Assembly: GCA_963663165.1 (NCBI GenBank) | Contig: OY760175.1 | Location: forward strand, 640,001-704,000 | From: an uncultured Desulfospira sp. | Lineage (GTDB): Bacteria > Desulfobacterota > Desulfobacteria > Desulfobacterales > Desulfobacteraceae | Direction: 5' to 3' | Length of the DNA: 64,000 bases | Part shown: positions 19,294-28,731 of the stretch, in pieces | Numbering within the stretch: the stretch's first letter is position 1 | Layout: each line of letters starts with the position of its first letter | Notes under the pieces: model-generated | The model's database searches: none | What the model was told of the DNA's origin: nothing | The model's input: only the letters and a program-made list of their open reading frames with translations | Made by a program: the position numbers and the translations under genes

Positions 19294-20280
19294 TTGAGAA
19301 GAAAAAAGAGTCGTAAATTCTGGCGGTTGTTTCTTTTTCTGTTTGTAATCTGTATCTTTTTTCAAATTATCCGGGGGGTCTGGCCGGATCAGGAAAGCCA
19401 CGCCCGGACATTGATCCAGGGGCTGGTTAAGAAGGCCTTTCCAGGCCGGATGAGACAAACCTTCAATACCTATGGGATTAAAGAATGCAGCCGCCCTGAA
19501 AAGGCCGTAGCGGCGCCTTTGCCCGTTATTCTGGTTCATGGCCTGGATGAACCCGGCATGATCTGGAGAAATCTTATCCCGGCGTTAACGGAGAAGCATT
19601 ATCTGGTGTATGAATTCCGGTACCCCAATGACCAGGCCATTGAATTGTCATCCGCCTTTTTTGTGGACGAACTGATGAAACTCGATCACACCATTAGCCC
19701 CACGCTTATTGCCCACAGCATGGGCGGCCTGGTCTGCCGGGATATGCTGACCCGGCCGGAACTGTCTTTTGAGAAACTGGCAGCCGGCGGGCATGTCCCC
19801 AAGGTTGAGCGGCTGATCATGCTGGCCACGCCACAGAAAGGGGCCCAGTTGGTCAGGTTCCGGATCTTTCTTGAAATCAGGGACCAGTTCTGCAGAAGAA
19901 AAGATCCTAATTTTCACTGGCTTAATTTTCTGATGGACGGCACCGGGGCGGCCGGTGTTGACCTTACCCCGGGATCTTCTTTTTTACGGGCCCTTGACAG
20001 GCGACCCACAGGCCACACGGTGGATACGCATATTATTGCCGCTAAATTATTGCCTTATGACCTGCCCTTGTGTGACGCCATCGGAGACGGCCTTGTCGCC
20101 TTAGGTTCCACCCGACTTGGCAGCACGCCCCATACCATTGTCCAAGGAACGCATTTGACAATGATCCGGACTTTAAGGCAGTCAGACCAGCGTATCCCGC
20201 CGGCTGTTCCGGTGATCTTAAAAATTCTGGAGCAGGGCAGGGCCGCCCTGGTCCGCACAAAATCAAAACAAGAATTCTGA
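19294..20280 (+). CDS. Membrane-anchored alpha/beta hydrolase (lipase/esterase-like)
   Basis: LVHGL, AHSMGG nucleophile elbow, ATPQKG, GDGLV, catalytic His in GTH. Confidence 0.85.
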   Translation: MRRKKSRKFWRLFLFLFVICIFFQIIRGVWPDQESHARTLIQGLVKKAFPGRMRQTFNTYGIKECSRPEKAVAAPLPVILVHGLDEPGMIWRNLIPALTEKHYLVYEFRYPNDQAIELSSAFFVDELMKLDHTISPTLIAHSMGGLVCRDMLTRPELSFEKLAAGGHVPKVERLIMLATPQKGAQLVRFRIFLEIRDQFCRRKDPNFHWLNFLMDGTGAAGVDLTPGSSFLRALDRRPTGHTVDTHIIAAKLLPYDLPLCDAIGDGLVALGSTRLGSTPHTIVQGTHLTMIRTLRQSDQRIPPAVPVILKILEQGRAALVRTKSKQEF

Positions 20281-20289
20281 TATTTGCCC

Positions 20290-20625
20290 CTATTTTTGAT
20301 GGCATCCGTTACAACTGACCGGCCCAAACACCTTACCGGCGGATTGCTGTTCCCTGTGACACTTGATGCAGGTCTGGTTCATCACCTGTTTGGCTTTGAG
20401 TTTTCCTTTGGCAATTTCACCGGCAATGGCCCCGGGTTTCTGGGGAAAATTCAAATGGCAGACATTGCAATCGGTTAAGGCATCCTGATGGGCCTTATGG
20501 GGAAAGGTAATATTCCCTTTTTTCCCACCGGAAAGATTAATTACTTCGCTGCCCTTATTTAACGCAAACGCCGTAATGGATAAAAACAACAAGGTAAGAA
20601 AGCATAAGATAATTTGTTTTACCAT
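20290..20625 (-). CDS. Periplasmic triheme cytochrome c7/c3-family protein
   Basis: Signal peptide; three CxxCH (CNVCH, CIKCH, CNGCH); FPHKAHQ and GP..C..CH as in PpcA-type c7. Confidence 0.9.
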   Translation of the reverse strand: MVKQIILCFLTLLFLSITAFALNKGSEVINLSGGKKGNITFPHKAHQDALTDCNVCHLNFPQKPGAIAGEIAKGKLKAKQVMNQTCIKCHREQQSAGKVFGPVSCNGCHQK

Positions 20626-20706
20626 GGTTTAATCTCCTGATCTGGGTTAGGCTGGAACTTGGGTTAAATCTGGAATTTAGAATAACAGCATTTTTATGAT
20701 TAGAAA

Positions 20707-22095
20707 ATGAAATTTATACTTGGCAGCAAACTGGTTCTCAAAGACCTGGCCCCTGACGATCATGAGCAGATTAAGCAAAACCTGACCATGGCCAACCCTA
20801 AATTTTATGAAGCCCAGAAAATGGGGCGGTACACCAAGGGCATCCCGAGCCGGCTGACCTTTTACCAACAGGATAACCACGATTTGGTCTGCCCAAGGGG
20901 CGCCGGTACAGGCATTTATCGGTTTTTAAAAACCCGGGGCGCTGATATTGAATATACGGATGAACGCCGCTCTTTTCCCAGCCTTGATTTTAAATTTTGC
21001 GGCCAATTGCGGCCGCTTCAGGTGGCGGCGGTGAATTCCATTATTAAAAGGGATTTTGGACTGCTTGAGGCCGGGACCGGGGCCGGAAAAACCGTCATGG
21101 CCCTTTACATTATTGCCCAACGCCGGCAGCCGGCCCTGGTGGTGGTCCATACAAAAGAACTGCTTTCCCAGTGGTGTGAAAGAATAGAACAGTATCTTTC
21201 AATTGCCAAAGAAGACGTAGGTCAGATTGGGGCCGGAAAATTTAACATTGGTGAACACATCACCATCGCCATGGTCCAGACCCTGTACAAAAAAAAGCAA
21301 GCCGTTGTCCCCCATATCGGCCACCTGATTGTGGACGAATGCCACCGGTGTCCGAGCCGGACCTTCACCGAGGCGGTCACGGCCTTTGACTGCAAATATA
21401 TGCTCGGCCTTACCGCAACGCCATGGCGAAGGGATAAGTTGTCCCAGGTTATTTTCTGGCACATCGGAGAAGTCACCGGCCGGATCGAAAAAACCGATCT
21501 GGTTGAAACCGGCAATCTTTGTGAGGCCGATGTGCAATGGGTGCAAACCCGGTTTCATACCCTGCTGGATGCCGGGGAATACTATTCCACCGTGCTGTCT
21601 GAACTGACCAAAGACCCTCTCCGAAATGAGCTGATCTGCCGGACCATAGCTGAAAATAAGGATTCCGACGGCATCAGCCTGATTATTTCCGACAGAAAAG
21701 ACCATTGCGCCCTGATTCAGGAGATGTTGTCCCAAACGTATGGGATTGATGCCGCCGTTCTGACAGGATCGGTATCCTGGAAGAACCGGGAACAGATCGT
21801 TTCCAATCTTCATGGCGGGGCATGCCGGTATTTAATTGCCACAGGGCAGCTGGTGGGGGAGGGCTTTGACCTTCCGGAGATTTCCATGGTATTCCTGGCC
21901 ACCCCGGTCAAATTTTCAGGACGGCTGATCCAGTATATCGGACGGGCCCTTCGTCCGGCTCCCGGGAAAAAAAGGGCCGTGATATTTGACTTTGTGGATG
22001 GATTGAATCCGGTGTTTCTGGCCTCTGCCAGAACCCGGCATGACACTTACCTTGGCCAGGGGATTCATGCCTCTTTGATTGAACCGCCTTTGTAA
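20707..22095 (+). CDS. SF2 DEAD/DEAH-box helicase (XPB/ResIII-like)
   Basis: LRPLQ, GTGAGKT, IVDECH, GLTATPWRRD, EGFDLP, QYIGRALR. Confidence 0.9.
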   Translation: MKFILGSKLVLKDLAPDDHEQIKQNLTMANPKFYEAQKMGRYTKGIPSRLTFYQQDNHDLVCPRGAGTGIYRFLKTRGADIEYTDERRSFPSLDFKFCGQLRPLQVAAVNSIIKRDFGLLEAGTGAGKTVMALYIIAQRRQPALVVVHTKELLSQWCERIEQYLSIAKEDVGQIGAGKFNIGEHITIAMVQTLYKKKQAVVPHIGHLIVDECHRCPSRTFTEAVTAFDCKYMLGLTATPWRRDKLSQVIFWHIGEVTGRIEKTDLVETGNLCEADVQWVQTRFHTLLDAGEYYSTVLSELTKDPLRNELICRTIAENKDSDGISLIISDRKDHCALIQEMLSQTYGIDAAVLTGSVSWKNREQIVSNLHGGACRYLIATGQLVGEGFDLPEISMVFLATPVKFSGRLIQYIGRALRPAPGKKRAVIFDFVDGLNPVFLASARTRHDTYLGQGIHASLIEPPL

Positions 22096-22952
22096 ACTTG
22101 AGAGATCAGAATCCCGGCAAGAATGAATCCACAGCCGATAATCCCTCTTCCTGACAGCAGTTCCCCTAAAATCAGCCACCCGCCTAAGGCGGCAAACACC
22201 GATTCAAGGCTTAAGATAATAGCTGCATGGGACGCCAAAGTTCTCTTTTGGGCATATACTTGAAGGGAATAGGCCACGCCCACGGACATGACCCCACCGT
22301 AAAGAAGCGGAATTCCGGCCGCCGCAATCTCTTCGGGTCCGGCCGTTTCCGTAAAGGCCGCCGCCATAAAACTTAAGATGGCACAGACCATAAACTGGGC
22401 AAAGCAAAGGTTAAGTGAGGAAAAGCGCCTGGTATACCGACCCACCACCAGCAGATGGCCGGCAAACCCAAAAGCGCACAACAGCACCAGGATATCCCCG
22501 AATTCCATGGTTAAATTTTGGGTCACGCTGAGCAAAAACATGCCAATAACAGCCAGGAAAGCGCCGATCCAGGCCCCTGGCGTGGTTTTTTCCTGCTTAA
22601 AAAACATGTTTAAAAAGGGCACCAGAATTACATAAAGGCCTGTGATAAACCCGGCCTTGCCAGCCGTGGTATAGACAATTCCCACCTGCTGCAAAGAGGC
22701 CCCAGCAAATAAAAAAAAGCCGCAGACAAGGCCGGCCTTGACAAGGCCTTTCAGGCTGTCCCCGGTATGGTCAGGATGACGGCCCAGAATCATTAACGGA
22801 ATAAGGCTTGCGCATCCCAAAGAAAACCGAAGGGCATTAAATGTAAACGGGCCCAGATGTTCCATGCCAAGCCGCTGTGCCACAAAGGCCAATCCCCAGA
22901 TGGCGGCCGTCAGCACCAGCAGGGCATCGGATTTAAAGGTGTCAGCTTTCAT
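22065..22952 (-). CDS. EamA/DMT family transporter
   Basis: IWGLAFVAQ, KAGFITGLYV, AIILSLESVF; about 10 TM helices. Confidence 0.9.
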   Translation of the reverse strand: MKADTFKSDALLVLTAAIWGLAFVAQRLGMEHLGPFTFNALRFSLGCASLIPLMILGRHPDHTGDSLKGLVKAGLVCGFFLFAGASLQQVGIVYTTAGKAGFITGLYVILVPFLNMFFKQEKTTPGAWIGAFLAVIGMFLLSVTQNLTMEFGDILVLLCAFGFAGHLLVVGRYTRRFSSLNLCFAQFMVCAILSFMAAAFTETAGPEEIAAAGIPLLYGGVMSVGVAYSLQVYAQKRTLASHAAIILSLESVFAALGGWLILGELLSGRGIIGCGFILAGILISQVYKGGSIKEA

Positions 22953-23250
22953 GGAAGGTGATTTCAATTTCCTCGGAGCCCGGTTTCTGGCTAAGTTCAT
23001 ACTGCCCGGTTCTGGTAATGGAAAATTGCCTTTGAAAAGCAGCGCCGGTCAATTGTTTTTCCAGTTGTTCAACCGTCCCGGCTTCACAATCAATATTAAA
23101 AAACAATTTTAGATTCTTGGGATTTTCATCATCAAACTGAATTAGAAAAGGGTTATGCTCAATAAAGATAAGGTCATCATAGGTGTATGTGATGGTTAAT
23201 CCAGTGGCCTCAATGATCTCTTTGGCCACGCCCAATGGTCTTAATTTCAT
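22942..23250 (-). CDS. Conserved hypothetical protein
   Basis: 102-aa ORF co-oriented with and overlapping the DMT gene; natural composition. Confidence 0.65.
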   Translation of the reverse strand: MKLRPLGVAKEIIEATGLTITYTYDDLIFIEHNPFLIQFDDENPKNLKLFFNIDCEAGTVEQLEKQLTGAAFQRQFSITRTGQYELSQKPGSEEIEITFHES

Positions 23251-23274
23251 GTTATAATACCCCGTTATGTAAGC

Positions 23275-23317
23275 AAAAAGGCTTTAAGCGGTATGCATCT
23301 TCCGCTTAAAGCCTTTT
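23275..23317 (-). terminator. Rho-independent terminator after tRNA-Phe
   Basis: aaaaggctttaagcgg/ccgcttaaagcctttt stem with T tracts. Confidence 0.85.
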
Positions 23318-23324
23318 AAATTCG

Positions 23325-23400
23325 TGGTGCCCAGGAACAGAATTGAACTGCTGACACGGGGATTTTCAGTCCCCTGCTCTACCGACTGAGCTACCTGGGC
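23325..23400 (-). tRNA. tRNA-Phe (GAA)
   Basis: GCCCAGGTAGCTCAGTCGGTAGAGCAGGGGACTGAAAATCCCCGTGTCAGCAGTTCAATTCTGTTCCTGGGCACCA: cloverleaf, GAA anticodon, encoded CCA. Confidence 0.98.
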
Positions 23401-23577
23401 TCAAACAACAGGGGGTTTATATGTCTTTTGGAAAAAGATGTCAAGTGAAAAATTAAGACTATGTTAGCTTTGATCCGTCTTGGGCTTGCTCCGGGGAATT
23501 CGATCAGGCGCAAGATTAAGCCAAGAGAAGGAAAAATCAATTTCTTCAGACGTGAAGACCCTTCAGCCTATACCCAA

Positions 23578-24318
23578 TTACATATCCCCAAAAAGGTGCT
23601 GAATAAGGGTGCAGGCACTGATAGCCGCGGTTTCAGCCCTGAGAATTCTCGGGCCAAGGCGGCATGACACAAAGCCATGGGCCTTTGCCTCAACTATTTC
23701 CCGGGGTGTAAAACCGCCTTCAGGGCCAATGAGGATGACCACCCGGCTGTCAGGCCGGGCAGGGCCAAAGGACGCCGGGTCAAGGGGGGTGTCCGAGGCT
23801 TCCCAGAAGGCGATTTTTATGTCATGGGAAGCAGATTGTTCCAGAACCTGGTTAAAGGCCAATGGCTTTTTAACTTCCGGCAGCCGGCTTCTTTGGCATT
23901 GTTTGATGGATTCCGCTGCAATGGCCTGCCACCGGTCCAGCCGTCTGGTTAAGGCATTGGCATCGGGCAGCGGGACAGACCGGGTGCAAAAAAAGGGAAT
24001 CCATTGGTGAACCCCAAGCTGGGTCAGATGTTTAATGATCAGGTCCATGTTCTGGTGTTTGAGCATGGCTGAACAGACCGTTAGCTTGAGAGGGGATTCA
24101 CTGATAGATTCCTGTGAGGTCAAAATTTCAATGTTTACTTCTTTAGGGGAGGATTCAAGGATTCTGCCGGTATAATCCATTCCATGGCCATTGGTCAGGG
24201 CAACCGTATCACCGGTTTTCAGGCGCAGAATTTTTGCCATATGTCTGGCATCCTGACCGGTAATGATAACACAATTATCTTGAATCGGGTCATCAGGACC
24301 AATGAGAAACTTAGGCAT
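23578..24318 (-). CDS. rsmE: 16S rRNA m3U1498 methyltransferase
   Basis: H...ILRL..GD, QCQRS.LP, IGPEGGF, LGPRILRAETA. Confidence 0.95.
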   Translation of the reverse strand: MPKFLIGPDDPIQDNCVIITGQDARHMAKILRLKTGDTVALTNGHGMDYTGRILESSPKEVNIEILTSQESISESPLKLTVCSAMLKHQNMDLIIKHLTQLGVHQWIPFFCTRSVPLPDANALTRRLDRWQAIAAESIKQCQRSRLPEVKKPLAFNQVLEQSASHDIKIAFWEASDTPLDPASFGPARPDSRVVILIGPEGGFTPREIVEAKAHGFVSCRLGPRILRAETAAISACTLIQHLFGDM

Positions 24319-25510
24319 GGCAATCCAGGGCCAGTAAAAATTTTTCTATGAAAAATTGAATCTGGGTTTCGGTCAGGGCTGGAAACAAAGGAAGGCTCAA
24401 ACATCTTGAGTAATAGGTGTCGGCGTTAGGGCATTTTCCTTCTTGAAATCCATATTTTTGCGAGTAATACGGCTGGCGGTAAATGGGAATATAATGAACC
24501 TGGCAGAAAACTTCCTGATCAATGAGAAACTGGTGGATTTTTTTACGAACCGTTCCGCCCTTTGCAAACTGGACCGGATAAAGATGGGGACAGGCCGTTT
24601 TTTCAAGGTTGCTGTGGGGCAGAATCAGGCGGTCATCACCTGAAAATGTCCGGTTGTAACGGCGGACAATTTGCTGTCTTTTTTCCTTGAATTCCTTTAA
24701 CCGGCCAAGCTGGGAGATGCCAAGGGCGCATTGAATTTCGGTGATGCGGTAATTCAGGCTCAATTGCTGCATTTCATGGTACCATGGCCCGACCTTTGAG
24801 ATAAACTCAAGCGTTTTCACAATACCGTGATTGCGAAGGGACCGCAGACGGGCGGCCAGGTTTTTGTCATTGGTCAGGACAGCCCCCCCTTCACCGGTGG
24901 TGATGGTTTTCACCGGATGAAAGGAAAAAATCGCTAAATCAGTGTGGGTGCAGGAGCCACACGCATAAAAATGACCATTGAATTCGTATTCGGACCCGAT
25001 GGAATGAGCGGCATCTTCAATAATGGCAAACCCATATTGATCCGCCAGGGCCCGGATGGCCGGAAGATCCGCCGGCAGTCCGGCAAAATCCACCGGAATG
25101 ACCACCTTTGGGGGGGGGTGATGCCGGCAGTATTGATCAAGTTTTTCAGGACAAAGGCAAAGGCTGACAGGATCAATATCGATAAAATCAGCCTGTCCGC
25201 CGCACAACTCGATACAGTTGGCAGACGCCATAAAAGAGTTGGGAGTGGTCAGCCCCATGTCCCCTGGACCAACCTCTAGTGCCATGCAGGCCAGGTGCAG
25301 GGCAGCGGTTCCGTTGGTACAGACCACCGCGTATTTTGCACCGGTCAAATCGCAAAGCCCGTCCTCAAACTGTTCGGCAACAGGTCCCGTGGTTAAAAAG
25401 GGAGCCTCAAGGGTTTGAATCACAGCCTGAATATCTTTTTGGCTGACCCACTGGCGTCCGTAAGGGATGGCCTTGCTTTCCCAGCTTTCTGTTGGCTGTT
25501 TATCCCCCAT
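24311..25510 (-). CDS. pseC: DegT/DnrJ-family sugar aminotransferase, PseC-like
   Basis: IPYGRQ, NGTAALHLA, IIEDAAHSIG, FSFHPVKTITTGEGG, QVHYIP. Confidence 0.8.
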   Translation of the reverse strand: MGDKQPTESWESKAIPYGRQWVSQKDIQAVIQTLEAPFLTTGPVAEQFEDGLCDLTGAKYAVVCTNGTAALHLACMALEVGPGDMGLTTPNSFMASANCIELCGGQADFIDIDPVSLCLCPEKLDQYCRHHPPPKVVIPVDFAGLPADLPAIRALADQYGFAIIEDAAHSIGSEYEFNGHFYACGSCTHTDLAIFSFHPVKTITTGEGGAVLTNDKNLAARLRSLRNHGIVKTLEFISKVGPWYHEMQQLSLNYRITEIQCALGISQLGRLKEFKEKRQQIVRRYNRTFSGDDRLILPHSNLEKTACPHLYPVQFAKGGTVRKKIHQFLIDQEVFCQVHYIPIYRQPYYSQKYGFQEGKCPNADTYYSRCLSLPLFPALTETQIQFFIEKFLLALDCHA

Positions 25511-25664
25511 GAATGGAGAATACGCGAAGGCGGCGAGAAATTCAATACAGTCTATAATAAATTACAGGGCCCCCGCACCGCATTGTAAAAAAACCTTGAC
25601 AGGATTGAAAAGGAGCTGTAGGAGTAACACCATAATATTGAGAAAATCTTTAATGAGACACCAG

Positions 25665-25742
25665 ATGAATACACCGGCAGCACAGTTTATATTTAGTTTT
25701 GAACGTTTCTTCTTCTTTTTTAGGAGCGTTCATCCGGTGTAG
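25665..25742 (+). CDS. Phe-rich attenuator leader peptide MNTPAAQFIFSFERFFFFFRSVHPV
   Basis: 8 Phe among 12 consecutive codons, directly upstream of an aromatic/Phe biosynthesis gene (alternative ATG at 25653). Confidence 0.85.
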   Translation: MNTPAAQFIFSFERFFFFFRSVHPV

Positions 25743-25843
25743 CTTACATTAAAAAATAAACTTTGTAAGGCCCCGGGTGGACATGAGCCACCCGGGGCCT
25801 TTTTGCTTTCAGGCCCCGGAGGAAAACTTCCGGGGCTTTTTTT
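25701..25843 (+). promoter_or_regulatory. Transcription attenuator (pause, antiterminator, terminator, plus second terminator)
   Basis: 1:2 25701-25710/25722-25731; 2:3 25728-25737/25773-25782; 3:4 25767-25780/25788-25801 + T; second hairpin 25811-25843 + T tract. Confidence 0.85.
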
Positions 25844-25873
25844 ATTTAAAAAGCAATTGGCCGTTCGCCAACA

Positions 25874-25915
25874 GCTATCCGCTAAAGGCTAATGGCTAAC
25901 CGCTAAAAGCTAATG
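25874..25915 (+). repeat. Six tandem GCTAnnn heptamers
   Basis: gctatcc gctaaag gctaatg gctaacc gctaaaa gctaatg. Confidence 0.85.
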
Positions 25916-25928
25916 AAAAGGAGCCCAC

Positions 25929-27797
25929 ATGTTACTGGTATTAGACAATCAGATCACACAAAATCAAAAGGACCGGATAAAATCGGTACTGGCCGATGAA
26001 GGATGCATTGCCCGTGAAATCACGGACGCGGGAAGGAACCTGATGGCGATTATTGGCAAATCCCTTAAATCACCGGACGAATATAAACAGCTTGACGCCG
26101 TCATGGATGCCATGCCCATTACCACCCCCTATAAACTGGTCAGCCGGGAATTTAAATCTGAAGACACCCGGATTAAAGTTGGGGATGTTACCCTGGGGGG
26201 CGATCGAATCGTCATCATTGCCGGTCCCTGTGCTGTAGAAAGCCGTGAACAGGCCCTGACCATCGCAAAGGAAGTTAAAAAATACGGGGCCGTGCTGTTC
26301 AGGGGCGGGGCCTATAAACCCCGGTCTTCACCATATTCTTTCCAGGGGCTTGAGGAAGACGGATTAAAAATTCTGGCCGAGGTCAGGGAGACCACAGGCC
26401 TTGGTGTGGTGACGGAAATGACGTCCCCGGCCCAGGCTGAACTCATGGAACAATACGTGGATGTGATCCAGATCGGGGCCCGTAACATGCAGAATTTTGA
26501 GCTCTTAAAATGCGTGGGCAAAATGAGCAAGCCCGTGGTGCTTAAACGGGGGCTTGCCTCCACCATCCAGGAATGGCTCATGTCTGCCGAGTATATTGCG
26601 GCGGGTGGAAATGAAAACGTGATTCTCTGTGAACGGGGCATCCGGACCTTTGAGCCCTTCACCAGAAACACCCTGGATCTGTCCGCCATTCCGGTACTAA
26701 AAAAACTCACCCATCTTCCCATCGTCATTGACCCAAGCCATGCCACAGGGATCAGGGAAAAGGTGGCGCCCATGGCAAGGGCTGCCGTAGCCGCCGGGGC
26801 TGATGCCCTGATGATTGAGGTCCACCATGATCCGGACAATGCCTTGTCTGACGGGCCCCAAAGCCTTTATCCCGAACAGTTCGGCAAGCTTGCCCGGGAT
26901 ATTTATGTGATTGCCCCTGTGGTGGGAAAGCAGCTGGACTACGATTACCTTAAAAAATCTGCGGTCATGGGCAAGGTCCATAACGGATCAGTCAAAACAG
27001 CGGCCTATATCGGTGAAAAAGGGGCTTACAGCCATAAGGCGTGCATTTCCTATTTCGGTGATGATGCAAGCTTTCTGTCCATGAACAGTTTTTCCGATAT
27101 TTTTAAGGCGGTGGAAAAAGGCGACGTGGATTACGGCATGGTACCGGTTGAAAACTCTTTATCCGGCTCTATTCATGAAAATTTTGATTTGCTTCAGGCC
27201 CATGACTTAAAAATTATCGGTGATATCACCATCCGGATCAAACATGCCCTGATCGGTATGGCAGGGGCCACCAAATCAGATCTTAAGAAAATCATGGGGC
27301 CGCCGCCGGCGCTGACCCAGTGCAAAGATTACCTGGCCCAGTATCCTGATGTGGAAACCGTACCTGTGGTGGCCACGTCTTCAGCGGTAAAAATGGTACG
27401 GGATATGGCGGATAAATCCTGTGCGGCCATCGGTTCAACCATGGCGGCCAAGGAGTTTGACATGCAGATCATCGAAGAATCCATTGAAGACAATCCCAGA
27501 AACTTCACCCGGTTCGTGGTAATTGCCAGGGAAGACAAAGGACATAAAAAGGTTCATAAATCCTCCATTATTTTTACCACGGGCAACAAGCCCGGTGCCC
27601 TGTTTGAGATCATGAAAATTTTCAGTGAACATGAAATCAACCTGGTCAAGCTTGAGTCCAGGCCGATCCATGGCAAACCCTGGGAATATATGTTTTATAC
27701 CGATCTTGAGGCGGATATTGAAAACCCGGAACTTTCCGGCATGCTGGAAGACCTTAAATCCAAGGCGGAAACTTTCCGGATTATTGGAAGGTATTAA
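25929..27797 (+). CDS. aroF: Fused DAHP synthase (type I-beta) - prephenate dehydratase - ACT
   Basis: [50 protein letters not shown]; then [31 protein letters not shown]. Confidence 0.92.
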   Translation: MLLVLDNQITQNQKDRIKSVLADEGCIAREITDAGRNLMAIIGKSLKSPDEYKQLDAVMDAMPITTPYKLVSREFKSEDTRIKVGDVTLGGDRIVIIAGPCAVESREQALTIAKEVKKYGAVLFRGGAYKPRSSPYSFQGLEEDGLKILAEVRETTGLGVVTEMTSPAQAELMEQYVDVIQIGARNMQNFELLKCVGKMSKPVVLKRGLASTIQEWLMSAEYIAAGGNENVILCERGIRTFEPFTRNTLDLSAIPVLKKLTHLPIVIDPSHATGIREKVAPMARAAVAAGADALMIEVHHDPDNALSDGPQSLYPEQFGKLARDIYVIAPVVGKQLDYDYLKKSAVMGKVHNGSVKTAAYIGEKGAYSHKACISYFGDDASFLSMNSFSDIFKAVEKGDVDYGMVPVENSLSGSIHENFDLLQAHDLKIIGDITIRIKHALIGMAGATKSDLKKIMGPPPALTQCKDYLAQYPDVETVPVVATSSAVKMVRDMADKSCAAIGSTMAAKEFDMQIIEESIEDNPRNFTRFVVIAREDKGHKKVHKSSIIFTTGNKPGALFEIMKIFSEHEINLVKLESRPIHGKPWEYMFYTDLEADIENPELSGMLEDLKSKAETFRIIGRY

Positions 27798-27817
27798 TTA
27801 GGTTAACAGGGGTTTGG

Positions 27818-27875
27818 ACTGACGGCTGAAGGGAGTTGGGAATGCACATTCCTTCAGCCTAAACACCTTCAGCCT
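27818..27875. repeat. GGCTGAA/TTCAGCC heptamer hairpin between convergent genes
   Basis: gactgacggctgaagg...ccttcagcc...ccttcagcc. Confidence 0.6.
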
Positions 27876-28730
27876 GATCCCCTTTTATTTAACATGCCGG
27901 CGGCGATGGTTGTGCCGATGATGATGGCACCTCCGGCCAGGGTTCTAAAGGAGGGGACTTCATGGAGCAGAAAAAAGGCCAGGATGATGCCGTATACGGG
28001 TTCAAGGCCGGCAATAACGCTGGCGGTCTGGGCCCGGATAAAGGACAGGGAATGGATAAACAGGGTATGGGCAAGGGCCGTGCAAAAAACCCCAAGCACC
28101 ATCAGGTAGGGAAGATCGGACAGGCCCGGCCGGGTTAAGTTCAGACACCAAACCAGTGGCAAAAGGCAGATTGCCGCAGACAGGTTTTGGTAAAAGGCTA
28201 CGGCCACCGGGTTTGAAAATCCGGCGTTTTTCCGGTTGACCAGGGCCAGGACTGCAAAAGTAAATCCTGACAACAGTCCGAAAAACGCCCCCAATGTAAC
28301 CGTGTTACCAAAATCAAGGTCCGGCACCACCAGAACGATTCCGGCAAACACGGCCAGGGCGGTGAAGATGTCGGCTTTCCGTAAGGTTTCCTTAAAAAAA
28401 AGGGGTTCCATAAATGTCACAAACAATGGAAAGCTTGAAAAGGTGACAAGACCTAAGGCCACACTCGAGATCTGGATGGACAGAAAAAAAGTCACCCAGT
28501 GGACGGCCAGCAGCACCCCCTGGAGAACAAAGAGTAAAAACGCCCTGACGGTAAAGCCCGAAAGCCGGTCTCCTGAAACCCACCGGGCATACCCCCAGAG
28601 GGCGGCCGCTCCAAAGCCGGTCCGCCCCAAAACAATAAACACAGGACTGCATGACAGAAATTTTCCAAAGAGCCCGGCAAGGCCGAATAAAAACACGGCA
28701 AAATGAACTAGAAAAAGGCCGTTTTTTGCC
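27869..28730 (-). CDS. EamA/DMT family transporter
   Basis: LFGLAGLFGK, LAVHWVTFF.SIQ, GLEPVYGI; about 10 TM helices; ATG at 28730. Confidence 0.88.
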
Positions 28731-28731
28731 A

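Noticed and set aside
23325..23400. tRNA-Phe as an island integration site
   Set aside because: No duplicated tRNA 3' end or integrase nearby; it is followed directly by its terminator.
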